Virus record (IMG/VR): IMGVR_UViG_3300032073_000001
Source: an uncultured virus (IMG/VR IMGVR_UViG_3300032073_000001)
Lineage: Duplodnaviria; Heunggongvirae; Uroviricota; Caudoviricetes
DNA: 20,000 bases
Reading direction: 5' to 3' (one strand)
Each line of letters begins with the position of its first letter. Positions within the stretch are counted from its first letter, which is position 1. Of the stretch, positions 1-9,655 are shown piece by piece. The position numbers and the translations under genes were made by a program. Under the pieces are notes generated by a model. That model was not told the origin of the DNA. It worked only from the letters and a program-made list of their open reading frames with translations, and searched no databases.

Positions 1-896
1 TCAAATCTTTGAGATTTTTCGTGTAACGCGATGTTTTCTTCTGTGGTTTTATTGAGTTGTTCTTCAAGCTCAGAAACTTGATCGGCCATATCGTCGATTA
101 AGTTTTCTTTACCATCTGGTACATCAATATAATGTTCCTTGAAGACAGTTTGTAAAGAATCCATAAATGATTCTGCAATTTCAGTCCTAAGACCAGTTGT
201 AACTGCAACTTCATTTTCTTTCATCCAATTTTCAACAACATAGTTCAGATAGTTATCAACTTTCTCAACCATTGATGTTTGAATTTCACCAACTTCTTCT
301 TCAAGATTTTGCGCGTATTCGCCTTCCATTCTTTCGATTTCTGCACTTAGTTTTGACTTAAGTGTTGCTTCGAAGATTGCTTCAGCCTTCGCTCTAAATC
401 CTTCAGACAATGTAGCTTCATCAGATACTAATGCATCTAAATCTTCTGAATAATCAAATTCCACTGATTCTGCTTTAGCAGCAGCATCACTTTTCTTAGC
501 TTTGATACTTTTATCACCAGCTTTTGGTGCAGCAGCAATAGCTTTAGCAACGGAACCATCATCTTCAGACTCATCGACTTTAGTCATTTTAGCAAACATA
601 GCTTGCGCTTCATGTTTTTTTGCTTTCTTTAGCATCTCGACTGCAGCGTTAATAACACCAGCTTTAGTTGAAGGAGTTTTTAAAGCAGGAGCAGTTTCTT
701 CTACTTCTTCTTTTTCTTCTTCTTCGTCTTTAGCTTCTGTTACTTCTTCAGTTTCTGCGTCTTCAGAAATTTCCTCGTTTCCAACTTCGTTTTCAACGAG
801 CTCTTCTGAAGTTTCCACTTCAACTTGCTCTGCATCTTGAGATTCTGCTAAATCGGCAGCAGTTTCTTCAACTGCATTTTTGTCCAATTCTGACAT
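1..896 (-). CDS. gp22: Prohead core scaffold protein (T4 gp22-like), 3' end runs off the window
   Basis: Not in the ORF track; read manually. ATG at 896-894 with GGAGAG SD at 901-906. Acidic N-terminus MSELDKNAVEETAADLAESQDAEQ, followed by gp22-typical segments LSEGFRAKAEAIFEA, VEKVDNYLNYVVENWMKENEVAV, GLRTEIAESFM and FKEHYIDVP. Lies directly downstream of gp21. Confidence 0.93.
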   Translation of the reverse strand, partial: MSELDKNAVEETAADLAESQDAEQVEVETSEELVENEVGNEEISEDAETEEVTEAKDEEEEKEEVEETAPALKTPSTKAGVINAAVEMLKKAKKHEAQAMFAKMTKVDESEDDGSVAKAIAAAPKAGDKSIKAKKSDAAAKAESVEFDYSEDLDALVSDEATLSEGFRAKAEAIFEATLKSKLSAEIERMEGEYAQNLEEEVGEIQTSMVEKVDNYLNYVVENWMKENEVAVTTGLRTEIAESFMDSLQTVFKEHYIDVPDGKENLIDDMADQVSELEEQLNKTTEENIALHEKSQRF

Positions 897-916
897 TTTT
901 CTCTCCTTTATAGAGT

Positions 917-1564
917 TTAAAGTTTAGAGAGGAAATTTTTAAACGCTCGAATCTGCGCCTCAGCTAAATGCTTCGACGGAGTACGCTTAATTTCAGTCTC
1001 AATCTTTTCAATTTCTTGCGCTTCCAATATACCGTTATTCCATATCCAATCTACTCCTTCCATAATTCCATTGACAAATGCCTCTGGAGCGGAAGGATCT
1101 TGAACGATATCTACTGTGGCTAACATAAAGTCAGACCCAACATAACTAGTACCATTTTTCTGTACAAGACTACCCATACCACGACTTGATACACCAAGCT
1201 TAACACCTCCATCTAACAAACCTTCAACGATTTGTCCCATAGGGGTTTTAAGGATTGATGCTTTTCCTACAACATTATTTCCCTCAAATCTGAGTTCAGT
1301 AATTTTGTGTGAAACCTTATCTAAGTTAATCGTAGGTCCTTCTGGGTGATTTAACTCACCTACAGCTCTACCACTTTTAACTTGTTCAGCAACGTATTTA
1401 TTTACCGCTGCTTCTAAAATCTTTTTCTCATATATGCGACCGTTTCGATTTTTCTTATCGGCTTGCATAAACACGCCTTCAATAACGTGTTGTTTGCCAC
1501 CTGTTTTGGTAGCTTCAGTGTAACATTGAATGTTACTATCTGTGTATTCGGCTATTAGCTTCAT
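917..1564 (-). CDS. gp21: Prohead protease (T4 gp21-like)
   Basis: MKLIAE start, IEGVFMQADKKNRNGRIY, catalytic-region motifs GELNHP and LGVSSRGMGSL, DIVQDPSAPEAFVNGIMEG; canonical position. Confidence 0.97.
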   Translation of the reverse strand: MKLIAEYTDSNIQCYTEATKTGGKQHVIEGVFMQADKKNRNGRIYEKKILEAAVNKYVAEQVKSGRAVGELNHPEGPTINLDKVSHKITELRFEGNNVVGKASILKTPMGQIVEGLLDGGVKLGVSSRGMGSLVQKNGTSYVGSDFMLATVDIVQDPSAPEAFVNGIMEGVDWIWNNGILEAQEIEKIETEIKRTPSKHLAEAQIRAFKNFLSKL

Positions 1565-1566
1565 AT

Positions 1567-1737
1567 TTAATCTTCTTGTTTTTCTTTAACTCGATCGATA
1601 ACGCTAGAGCCCAGTTCAACTTTCTTAGCATCCATCACAGCATTTATTTTCTGCGACATCAGCTGATCGAAAGCTTTATTTGCACTCACAAGATCGTCAT
1701 CTTTCACGTTAGTAATTAACTCTTCAACGTTACTCAT
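1567..1737 (-). CDS. gp67: Small prohead core protein (T4 gp67-like), 56 aa
   Basis: Manual translation MSNVEELITNVKDDDLVSANKAFDQLMSQKINAVMDAKKVELGSSVIDRVKEKQED*. Preceded by an AAGGA SD and a TATAAATA promoter; located between gp20 and gp21. Confidence 0.75.
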   Translation of the reverse strand: MSNVEELITNVKDDDLVSANKAFDQLMSQKINAVMDAKKVELGSSVIDRVKEKQED

Positions 1738-1757
1738 TCTTCTTGTTTCCTTTAATA

Positions 1758-1765
1758 TATTTATA
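1758..1765 (-). promoter_or_regulatory. T4-type late promoter TATAAATA upstream of gp67/gp21/gp22
   Basis: Plus-strand TATTTATA in the gap between the gp20 stop and the gp67 start. Confidence 0.85.
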
Positions 1766-1770
1766 ATAAT

Positions 1771-3258
1771 TTAGATGTCAAGGTCTAATTCCATGTCTCC
1801 CCCAGCAGCTTTTTCAGCATTTATTTGCTTATCAAGCTCTTTTATTTCAAGGTCGGACTGTCTTAAGATCTTTTTTCTAATCCATTCATCTGAAACATAC
1901 TTACCAACATACTCATCAAGTGTTGATAACATTTCAAATCTTTCTCTATACATTTCAGATTCTTTTAATTCTGCAAAATAGTTATCTTCAATAAAATCAA
2001 AAACAATATCTTGTCTAAACTTTTTCCAATCATCTTTTGTAATTACGCCCTTAAGCAACAGCTGAGTTTTCAGTATTTGCATAAAGACATCTGAGAATCT
2101 TTTACGAAGTCTATCAATAAACTTCTTAAATTTCACTTCGTCACGTGTTATTTCTGTACTTCTTCCTAAACTAAATTGAGCTTCTTGTTCTAACCTATTT
2201 AAAGGTACATTTAAACTTCTATATAGTTTTTTCTGAAAATATAAAATATCATCGATTTGCCCAAGATTTTCTCCACCAGGTAAAGTACTAATTTCAGTAC
2301 CTCTACCGCCTTCACGTCTAGGTAAGAAGAAGTCTTCTAACATTGACATGTGTTTACGATCATCTTTGACTGCACCAGTGCTAGCATCATATACTAATTT
2401 GTTACGATACTTATTCATAATGTTGGTTAAGTATTCTTCAGCTTTACCCTTAGGTAAATTACCAACATCAATATAAAATATACGTCTTTCAGGCGCACGC
2501 GATATTCTATAAATTACAAGTGAATCTTCCATCATTCTAAGTTGATTCACAGGCTTAATTGCTTTATGCAAATAAGATAAAATTCTTCTTCGTGAAGGAT
2601 CTAACATTCCAGATGTGCCATATATAATAGCGTCTGGATGTATTTTTAAACCTTCGTTTGCTTTACCCATTTTATCGTCTTGAAATAAGAAATATTCTTT
2701 TTGTTTAACGATAACCTCAGCTCCGGTTTTAGGATCTGCCTTTGATTCTATCTCTTTCACTTTTCTAAGTTTAATAGGATCAATATATCTAAGTTCTCTA
2801 ATACCACCTTTAGGATTTTTTTCGTCTATAATAACATGAAATGGTAATCTACCATCTACATACCATTTTCTAAAAATGTCTGAGCCGTATTGCGTAAAAT
2901 CCAATAATCGCAATGCTACTTTAAATTCATTTCTGATACTATCTTTTATTTTATCAGATATATCTACTTTATCTAAAACGATATTTACTGGAGCACTATC
3001 TCCATCACCAATGATAGATTCATTAACAATATCATCAATAGCTGCATCCGTTTCAGGTTGAGTAGCTACATCTCGATATTTAATAATTAAATCAATTTCA
3101 TTTTTTACTTTATCGCCATCTAAATCAATATATGCACCAAAATGACCGCCGCTAGAAATAACTCCAGCACCGTCTTGCTCGGTGTTAGGTACAAAAGAGA
3201 CCGGCTCTGCGGCTTTTGAACCTTTTCTATTAATTTCGAATCCGAATAATTCTGCCAT
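1771..3258 (-). CDS. gp20: Portal vertex protein (T4 gp20-like)
   Basis: MAELFGF start, FRKWYVDGR, LRYIDP, SYLHKAIKPVNQLRMMEDSLVIYRISRAPERRIFYIDVGNLPKGKAEEYL, MLEDFFLPRREGGRGTEISTLPGGENLG. Confidence 0.98.
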   Translation of the reverse strand: MAELFGFEINRKGSKAAEPVSFVPNTEQDGAGVISSGGHFGAYIDLDGDKVKNEIDLIIKYRDVATQPETDAAIDDIVNESIIGDGDSAPVNIVLDKVDISDKIKDSIRNEFKVALRLLDFTQYGSDIFRKWYVDGRLPFHVIIDEKNPKGGIRELRYIDPIKLRKVKEIESKADPKTGAEVIVKQKEYFLFQDDKMGKANEGLKIHPDAIIYGTSGMLDPSRRRILSYLHKAIKPVNQLRMMEDSLVIYRISRAPERRIFYIDVGNLPKGKAEEYLTNIMNKYRNKLVYDASTGAVKDDRKHMSMLEDFFLPRREGGRGTEISTLPGGENLGQIDDILYFQKKLYRSLNVPLNRLEQEAQFSLGRSTEITRDEVKFKKFIDRLRKRFSDVFMQILKTQLLLKGVITKDDWKKFRQDIVFDFIEDNYFAELKESEMYRERFEMLSTLDEYVGKYVSDEWIRKKILRQSDLEIKELDKQINAEKAAGGDMELDLDI

Positions 3259-3284
3259 ATTATATTTTACTCCGTAACATTATC

Positions 3285-3307
3285 GGAGAGGCCTTTTCGG
3301 CCTCTCC
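3285..3307 (-). promoter_or_regulatory. Perfect 9-bp GC-rich stem-loop in the gp19-gp20 intergenic region (5' leader hairpin or weak terminator)
   Basis: Minus strand GGAGAGGCC-GAAAA-GGCCTCTCC. No U-tract follows on the coding strand. It starts 8 nt downstream of a late promoter. Confidence 0.7.
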
Positions 3308-3315
3308 TCTAATAT

Positions 3316-3323
3316 TATTTATA
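3316..3323 (-). promoter_or_regulatory. T4-type late promoter TATAAATA upstream of gp20
   Basis: Plus-strand TATTTATA, intergenic. Confidence 0.85.
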
Positions 3324-3333
3324 CAACTTATTT

Positions 3334-3861
3334 TTAGCTAGTTGTGTCAGATTCCCAATAAGTACAAGCTAAATCAACTGCGAATTCTTCGATTGCATCG
3401 GCAGAATCGTAGTTAAGATCGATTGCAGCTACTGAGACAGGCCAACACCCTCTCATATTATAAGTTTTAACGGTTTCGCCAGCTTTATCAAGCTGTTCAA
3501 TTACGATGTCGGATGAATAATCAGTAACATTGGCTATACCAGTATTACTTTCATGTCCATTAATTCCGTTCATCCATCTTTCGAACGCGTTCCTAACAGC
3601 AAAGTCAACATCATTGATAATAGTTAGTCCTACATTTTCGAACGTTCTATCACCAGCAACTTGAAACTTTCTTCCTCTAAATGCAACTTCTACAGTACCA
3701 AGCGTTGATGCTGGTATTGCGATTTGTTTACACATAAATGAAGTCAATTCAACATCTCCCTGAGCATAAGCTGGGAAATTAACAGTTGCTTTGAACATAT
3801 TAGGACGTGCACCGCCACCAGTAAGTTTAGATTTAAAATCGTCTACTCCTAAAATTGCCAT
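3334..3861 (-). CDS. gp19: Tail tube protein (T4 gp19-like)
   Basis: FKSKLTGGGARPNMF, FRGRKFQVAGDRTF, TIINDVDFAVRNAFERWMNGIN, IEQLDK, IEEFAVD; AGGAGG SD; follows the sheath gene. Confidence 0.97.
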   Translation of the reverse strand: MAILGVDDFKSKLTGGGARPNMFKATVNFPAYAQGDVELTSFMCKQIAIPASTLGTVEVAFRGRKFQVAGDRTFENVGLTIINDVDFAVRNAFERWMNGINGHESNTGIANVTDYSSDIVIEQLDKAGETVKTYNMRGCWPVSVAAIDLNYDSADAIEEFAVDLACTYWESDTTS

Positions 3862-3873
3862 GATGTCCTCCTA

Positions 3874-5568
3874 TTATGTACCGGAGATTTCAGAGAAATC
3901 TACACCGGTTCTAGTTGCAATAAAGTTCAAAGTTATGAAGTTAATCGATCTCGCAGGTTTGATAAAGATATCAGCTACGAATTGATTAGTGTCAATGATT
4001 TGACCTGTGTTATTAGTTGTATCGCAGACAACAGAAAAATCTGTTATTCCTCTACGACCCTTAACGTCTCTCAAAAACGGCTCAACCAAGTTTTTAAACT
4101 GAGCTCTTGTGAATTCGTCATTGAATTCGAAGAGTTGTGCTTTTGCAGCAGTTGAGATTGCTTTTTCTAAAGTATTAAACAATCTACGTACGTTAATACG
4201 ATCAAATGCTGAAGGCTTAGAAAGCAATGTTTTGTCACCAAAAAGAAGTGTTCCTTCTCCTGGGAATGAGACAATTGGATTAACCCTTGCTTTATAGAGA
4301 GTATCTCTATCAGCTTTCTTAGGATTATGTGCCAATTTCGTTACACCAAATAGTTGACCTCTTGTTGCTCCTGCAGGTGAGAACCATGCATCAGCAGTTC
4401 GATCAGTTGCTGCACAAAGACCAGCAATGTGGCCAGCTGCACCAATCCATCTATATACGTCATTATATTTGTCATAAACATAAATCGCAGTAGAATCGGC
4501 TGAAGCATAAGAACTTGAAGTGAGCGTGTCAGCCCAAGCTTTTACATCAGCAGCAGGTGTAGTTGCGTTAACTGTGTCATCTAGTGGTGGTGATACAAAT
4601 GCCATACAATCTTTTCTTGCAGCTGCAATAGAGATTAAGTCATTTGATATCGTGTTTCCTGATGCATCTGGATATGCAAATAGGAGTTGTACATCAACAG
4701 TTTCAGCATCTTCTAACAGATCGAAACCTGTTTGAATTTCTGCGGCTGTTGGTGTATTATCATCAGAACCACCGCCCAAAGATCTACCTAAGTAGTCTTG
4801 GTCAGAGTTTGATGAAAGTCCAGTAAATGAAGCTGACGCAGAAATTGCGTTACCTGCTTCAGATAATGTACCGTGATGATCCATCCATCTAATGTAGTTT
4901 GAACCTTGATTGATTACATCTACATAATAGTTAGAAGTTCCATCGTCTTTTTTAGCATCTGAACCTTGCGATACAAATGCGAATGTTTCTAAAACTGTTC
5001 CAGCAGTTCCAGAAATTAAACCGTCTTCATCAATGACAATTACGTGAAGTTCATCACCAATACTACCTTTATTTAATGAAGTAGCATAATTAGATGTTCC
5101 AGGAGCAGAATCAAAGCTTGATGCGTGCGTCCAGCCGGCAAATAAGTTGCCTTCTGTACACATTGCTACTTTTAAACTATTTCCTAAAGCACCTGGGTAT
5201 TTTGCTGCCCATAAACCTATAGAACCTTGACCGGTTGCATAGTTGTTGGTGTAATGATCGTCATTTTTGATAAGAAGGCCCGAACCGTCAGCAGTCGCGT
5301 TATCGTGACCACTGGCAACTCTTACTACTTTCAGCGCGTTACCGTATTTTAAAAATCCGGCAGCGGTTAGAAAGTATTTATAAGTACTGTTATCCGGTGT
5401 TCCGAAGACTTCAGCAAGCTGCTTTTCAGAGCTTACATCTATTACTTCTTCCACAGGACCCCAGTTAAATGAACCAACAGTTCCGCCAATACTGGTGGAG
5501 ACCGCAGGTACTACGCCCGTTGCGTCAATTTCCTTGACTTGGACGCCTGGTGATACTTGAAATGCCAT
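3874..5568 (-). CDS. gp18: Contractile tail sheath protein (T4 gp18-like), 564 aa
   Basis: MAFQVSPGVQVKEID, FNWGPVEE, FLKYGNALKVVRV, AKYPGALGNSLKV, WFSPAG, LFGDKT, FDRINVRRLF, FEFNDEFTR, IKPARSINFITLNF. Confidence 0.98.
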   Translation of the reverse strand: MAFQVSPGVQVKEIDATGVVPAVSTSIGGTVGSFNWGPVEEVIDVSSEKQLAEVFGTPDNSTYKYFLTAAGFLKYGNALKVVRVASGHDNATADGSGLLIKNDDHYTNNYATGQGSIGLWAAKYPGALGNSLKVAMCTEGNLFAGWTHASSFDSAPGTSNYATSLNKGSIGDELHVIVIDEDGLISGTAGTVLETFAFVSQGSDAKKDDGTSNYYVDVINQGSNYIRWMDHHGTLSEAGNAISASASFTGLSSNSDQDYLGRSLGGGSDDNTPTAAEIQTGFDLLEDAETVDVQLLFAYPDASGNTISNDLISIAAARKDCMAFVSPPLDDTVNATTPAADVKAWADTLTSSSYASADSTAIYVYDKYNDVYRWIGAAGHIAGLCAATDRTADAWFSPAGATRGQLFGVTKLAHNPKKADRDTLYKARVNPIVSFPGEGTLLFGDKTLLSKPSAFDRINVRRLFNTLEKAISTAAKAQLFEFNDEFTRAQFKNLVEPFLRDVKGRRGITDFSVVCDTTNNTGQIIDTNQFVADIFIKPARSINFITLNFIATRTGVDFSEISGT

Positions 5569-5649
5569 CGCGTTTACCTCTCAATGAGTTATTAGTTATA
5601 TTAAGTCCACATTATACGTTAATTAACCTTTCGGTTACATTCATACTTA

Positions 5650-5657
5650 TATTTATA
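5650..5657 (-). promoter_or_regulatory. T4-type late promoter TATAAATA upstream of gp18
   Basis: Plus-strand TATTTATA, 13 nt past the gp17 stop; about 80-nt leader containing a GAGAGG SD. Confidence 0.85.
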
Positions 5658-5669
5658 ATATTCTATATT

Positions 5670-7283
5670 CTAGAAAACACCTGTATGTGGACCGTTTTGT
5701 GTTTCAAACCATACTTGACCATCTTCATCTACTTCCATTTTCACTTCTTCGGGGTCGTCATTTACATAACCAAATGGAATTACGTCATCTTGTATAGCTT
5801 TTAATTGTTCTTTATATAACATCTTTTTCATTTCGATATCTGTCATACCTAAAAAGATGTCTGTTGTAGTAAACCAACCAAATAAAACGAGATTCATCAT
5901 TAAATCATCGTGATTTGTTAACGATGCTTCATATGACTGACCTTTTGCCACAAAGGTACTCATTTCTACGATTGTATTTGCGTCCACTATATGTATTTTT
6001 CTTTGTTCTATTAAATCTTTAATATTTGAACATCCAATACGTTTTACTCTTCTCGTCATTGTAGCACCAATTGCATTTGACTTAACTGAAGATTCTACAA
6101 ACATATTTTCATATTCTAAATCATAATATAAACCATTACATACTAATTGACCAGCGTCATTCGATTCTATTATAACATAGGCTTTATTAAATAATTCAGC
6201 GTACTTATATATAAGATCTGGAAATAACAATGGAGATATTGTGTTATCTCTAAATACTGCTACTTGTTTAAACGGATTTACACTAATATCAATAACTGTA
6301 AAAGTTGAATAATCTTGCCCTCTTCCTTTTGCAACATCAACTGTCATTACATATTCATGATTTTGTAAAGGCATTTCGTAAACATATACGTTTTCTTTTA
6401 CCAATACAGGTTCATGCATCTTTTGTTCTAATAATGCATTCGCATCAATAAGTGTCCCGCCCCGGCCTAGGAAGGTATTTCCAAATTCTTGATCGAATTG
6501 TAGTTCAGATGTGTTAGCAATTGTTAATGCTTTCCAATCATCGTCTCTACCTGGAACATCCCACCAGTCAACTCTAAAGGGCTTAAACTCATTATCCCCA
6601 GAAACTGCACCTTCCCATAATTTATGGAATATATTTCCTACACCATTTGCAGTAGATGTGATTATAATTTTTGTATCAGTACCAGATGAAATTACCGGAT
6701 ATGTTGATGTATAGAATTCTGCATCGTTTTCTACAAATGCAAACTCATCCAAAAATAATAGGTTAACAGATAATCCCCTAATTGATGAACCAGATGTTGC
6801 GGTTGCAATTATACGAGAATTGTTTGAGAATTCAATTGAGCCTTTATTAAGAGCCTTTGTTCCAGGTTGTAAAAAGAAAGGAATATGTTCTAATGCTAAT
6901 GTTACACGTGCTAACATCTCTCTTGCAACAACACCCTTATTTGCAAGAATAGCAATAGTTTTTTCAGAATGAAATAAAGCATACCATAAAAGATATACTA
7001 CACTTGAAATAGATTTACCACTTTGTCGACATGCTAAACACATACTAAAGCGATTAGCATTAAAGTGATGAAACATTTGTTCTTGATATGGATATAATTC
7101 AAATGGCACTAAACCATCATCAAGAGAAATAATTTTTACATACTTAGTTGCAAAATATGCAGGATCTTCCATGCATTTTTTATATTCTCTGACTTGTTCA
7201 GCTGTAAAACCTTCTTCGACACCATCACGTTTTACATTGACATTGCCAAGATATCCAAACTCGTTATTCTTTATTCTCGGCAT
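5670..7283 (-). CDS. gp17: Terminase large subunit (T4 gp17-like)
   Basis: Walker A ACRQSGKS, Walker B LLFLDEFAF, ITSTANG coupling motif, nuclease motifs VDVAKGRGQDYS and HDDLMM. Confidence 0.98.
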   Translation of the reverse strand: MPRIKNNEFGYLGNVNVKRDGVEEGFTAEQVREYKKCMEDPAYFATKYVKIISLDDGLVPFELYPYQEQMFHHFNANRFSMCLACRQSGKSISSVVYLLWYALFHSEKTIAILANKGVVAREMLARVTLALEHIPFFLQPGTKALNKGSIEFSNNSRIIATATSGSSIRGLSVNLLFLDEFAFVENDAEFYTSTYPVISSGTDTKIIITSTANGVGNIFHKLWEGAVSGDNEFKPFRVDWWDVPGRDDDWKALTIANTSELQFDQEFGNTFLGRGGTLIDANALLEQKMHEPVLVKENVYVYEMPLQNHEYVMTVDVAKGRGQDYSTFTVIDISVNPFKQVAVFRDNTISPLLFPDLIYKYAELFNKAYVIIESNDAGQLVCNGLYYDLEYENMFVESSVKSNAIGATMTRRVKRIGCSNIKDLIEQRKIHIVDANTIVEMSTFVAKGQSYEASLTNHDDLMMNLVLFGWFTTTDIFLGMTDIEMKKMLYKEQLKAIQDDVIPFGYVNDDPEEVKMEVDEDGQVWFETQNGPHTGVF

Positions 7284-7686
7284 TTACTTCTATTACGTCA
7301 TCCTTTGCGTTTAACATTCTTTGTAAGTCTGCTGTACTTCCAACAAACACGTTGTTATTTGTGACGTTTCTTTCCTGTTCATCTTTTTCTTTATTTAATT
7401 GTTTTTTAGTTTTTTGAAGGGCCATCAATTTGTCAGTAACATCAGCAATGTTCTTAATTGAATTACTTAATACCTCAAATGCTCTTGGATGTTCAGACTC
7501 TCTGGCTAATTCAGCCATCACATCTAATGATCTTGTTCCAGTATGTATTAAATCTTTATATGTGGCTCGTGAAAAATCATAATCATCTTTTATGTCTTTT
7601 TGATCAATAAGCTGAGTACTTAACGAGGTTTTTTTGCTAGGCAAATTTTTTGCGAGACTATCTTCTATTTTCTTTTTCTTATCCAT
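7264..7686 (-). CDS. gp16: Terminase small subunit (T4 gp16-like)
   Basis: DDYDFSRATY, ARESEHPRAFEV, TNNNVFVGSTADLQRML; overlaps the gp17 start by 20 nt. Confidence 0.95.
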   Translation of the reverse strand: MDKKKKIEDSLAKNLPSKKTSLSTQLIDQKDIKDDYDFSRATYKDLIHTGTRSLDVMAELARESEHPRAFEVLSNSIKNIADVTDKLMALQKTKKQLNKEKDEQERNVTNNNVFVGSTADLQRMLNAKDDVIEVNAENKE

Positions 7687-7697
7687 AATATTTAACC

Positions 7698-8714
7698 TTA
7701 TGTGTATGATGCAACTGTGATTGTCGCTCCAGACGTTGATCCAGTTAACACTTCACCAATATTCAACCATCCGCTAGGAGCAGCAACAGTAATAGTACCA
7801 GCTGTAGGATTAGTTGTATATGCAGTATTACTTACTTCCATTGTATTGTTTGATACGTTAGAAGTTATAGTTTCACCCATTTGAAAAGTACCGCTTAATA
7901 CAGTACCATATATTGCGAACGATTCAGGAACTCCAATAGGATCATACGTTGTAGTAATTTTGTACTCGTTTGCTCCTGGAGATCCAGCTGTGATTAATGT
8001 ATCATCTGCATCTGCAGTTGTTGGATTAATACCTATATTAATTCCATAATATTTTTCTGCAGTATTATCTTTATCGTAATAATCGATATCAATTTCTTTT
8101 ATAACTTTGCTATTTGTTGTAGGCCCAAAGAATCTCATCTTCATTGTAAAATCTAATGTATATGTAAGTACTCTTCTCGATACAAAATCCCCTTCGTACT
8201 CATCATTAATAGCAGTTCCTGTTAATACGATAGGAACATCTTGTTTATATGACCAACCATTAATTGGTTTTATAGTAACCGTGTATTCTGGTTGAAAATA
8301 CGGTAGAATTTGTTCTAATATTTGTAAACCATCATCTTGGTTTTTAGCCATAATAGTCAATTGCATATTAATATTATATGGCGACATATGCTTAACTGTT
8401 TTCTTTTTATAAGAATCTGTGGCATGTTTCTCAGAAACTACGGCCATTTTATTTAATTTTGATGCGCTATCTTGTTCAATACCGGTAATTTCAAATGACA
8501 TTCTTGGTAATTTTAATGCCATACTTGAATCAATTCCATCACCGTCTAATCTGGCCAAAAACTTTTGTTTAGGTCCATAAGATAGTGGTACTTTAATTTG
8601 GTTTAATACTCCACCAGATCCGTCTAAACGAATTACTGATATATTATTAAAAATTGTACCGAATACCGCTACAGATTTTCTTAAAGTTGAATGATAGAAA
8701 TGAGTTCCAAACAT
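7698..8714 (-). CDS. gp15: Tail sheath stabiliser / tail terminator (T4 gp15-like) with C-terminal beta-rich extension
   Basis: MFGTHFYHSTLRKSVAVFGTIFNNI, KVPLSYGPKQKFLARL, LPRMSFE, QILEQILPYFQP, DVPIVL; TAATG-coupled to gp14. Confidence 0.95.
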   Translation of the reverse strand: MFGTHFYHSTLRKSVAVFGTIFNNISVIRLDGSGGVLNQIKVPLSYGPKQKFLARLDGDGIDSSMALKLPRMSFEITGIEQDSASKLNKMAVVSEKHATDSYKKKTVKHMSPYNINMQLTIMAKNQDDGLQILEQILPYFQPEYTVTIKPINGWSYKQDVPIVLTGTAINDEYEGDFVSRRVLTYTLDFTMKMRFFGPTTNSKVIKEIDIDYYDKDNTAEKYYGINIGINPTTADADDTLITAGSPGANEYKITTTYDPIGVPESFAIYGTVLSGTFQMGETITSNVSNNTMEVSNTAYTTNPTAGTITVAAPSGWLNIGEVLTGSTSGATITVASYT

Positions 8715-9652
8715 TAGTAATTATCCGATGGATCACCAAATGGATTTGATTCAGTGAAGTCTAAGAAACCGTCGGCTTCAACTTCAAATGTAACACTTCC
8801 AGATTGATCGTCTGTTGGGTCAACGTATATACTATTATCACCTATATCGTAAACCTTAGTTATAGTAATTGTATTTGCTGATGTTCCTCCAACTGCTGTA
8901 AGAGTTGAAGACTGTATAAAGTCTCTTGCTTCTGCAACACCAGATACACCAATATTTGATACTCCTATTCTTCCTGTAGTAGTAGACAGTTTAGTGAGTG
9001 TTTGTATTTCACCGAATACAGAAGTTGCAGGATCTGTAGTTAGTATTTGTGTTAACACTTCACCTTGTTCTGGATGTGCATTTGCGTTACATGTATAATC
9101 GATCGTAACTTGATATGCATTAGTTACTTGTGCTACATCTATTTCTCCTACACCAGTTTCGAAATCTTCATCGTTATATTCGTATAAGCTACATTGTAAT
9201 TTATAAACGGGTAAGTTAGATAATTGATAAAAAGGCTGTTCGTGTTCGACAAAAGTAATTTCGAAGAATTTATTTGTCATAGGCATAAATAATATATCGC
9301 CTTCTAAAGGTCGTGGGCTTACAATGTTAGAAACATTCCAAAATCCAACATATTTTTCCCATTGTCTTTTAGAAATAACAAATGTGGCTTCGTCTCTTAT
9401 TTCTAAACCAAATTTAGAGAATAGATCACCTTCTCCTTCAAAACCTTCAGCGTTTTCAATATAAGCTTCAATCATATACGCATCATTGAATTTAGATGCT
9501 CGATCTTCGCCTAATACAAAGTCACGACTAACCATAGTTCGAGGCATATAATATACATCTTGGCCATAAATCTTTAATGATTCAATTACCAAATCTTCGT
9601 ATAAATTTTGCTCGGACTTTACGGCCTGAGAAAAGTAAACTGATCTTGCCAC
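8714..9652 (-). CDS. gp14: Neck protein (T4 gp14-like), GTG start
   Basis: EQNLYEDLVIESLKIYGQDVYYMPR, FSKFGLEIRD, RPLEGDILF, FEITFVEHEQPFYQL, C-terminal DFTESNPFG. Confidence 0.95.
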   Translation of the reverse strand: MARSVYFSQAVKSEQNLYEDLVIESLKIYGQDVYYMPRTMVSRDFVLGEDRASKFNDAYMIEAYIENAEGFEGEGDLFSKFGLEIRDEATFVISKRQWEKYVGFWNVSNIVSPRPLEGDILFMPMTNKFFEITFVEHEQPFYQLSNLPVYKLQCSLYEYNDEDFETGVGEIDVAQVTNAYQVTIDYTCNANAHPEQGEVLTQILTTDPATSVFGEIQTLTKLSTTTGRIGVSNIGVSGVAEARDFIQSSTLTAVGGTSANTITITKVYDIGDNSIYVDPTDDQSGSVTFEVEADGFLDFTESNPFGDPSDNY

Positions 9653-9655
9653 GTT

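Noticed and set aside
502..840. Plus-strand 112-aa Ser-rich ORF
   Set aside because: Antisense shadow of the Glu-rich gp22 frame (GAA codons read as TTC/TCT).
5375..5382. TATAAATA inside gp18
   Set aside because: It encodes Y-K-Y near the gene's 5' end, about 1.5 kb from the next start; likely incidental.
6454..6472. GC-rich patch (CTA GGC CGG GGC GGG) in the AT-rich gp17
   Set aside because: It is only a few codons (LGRGG) with the frame intact, and cannot be distinguished from chance without homologues.
1771..7283. Introns, inteins or homing endonucleases in portal, sheath or terminase
   Set aside because: The ORFs are uninterrupted and of normal or short length, with no intein or endonuclease motifs.
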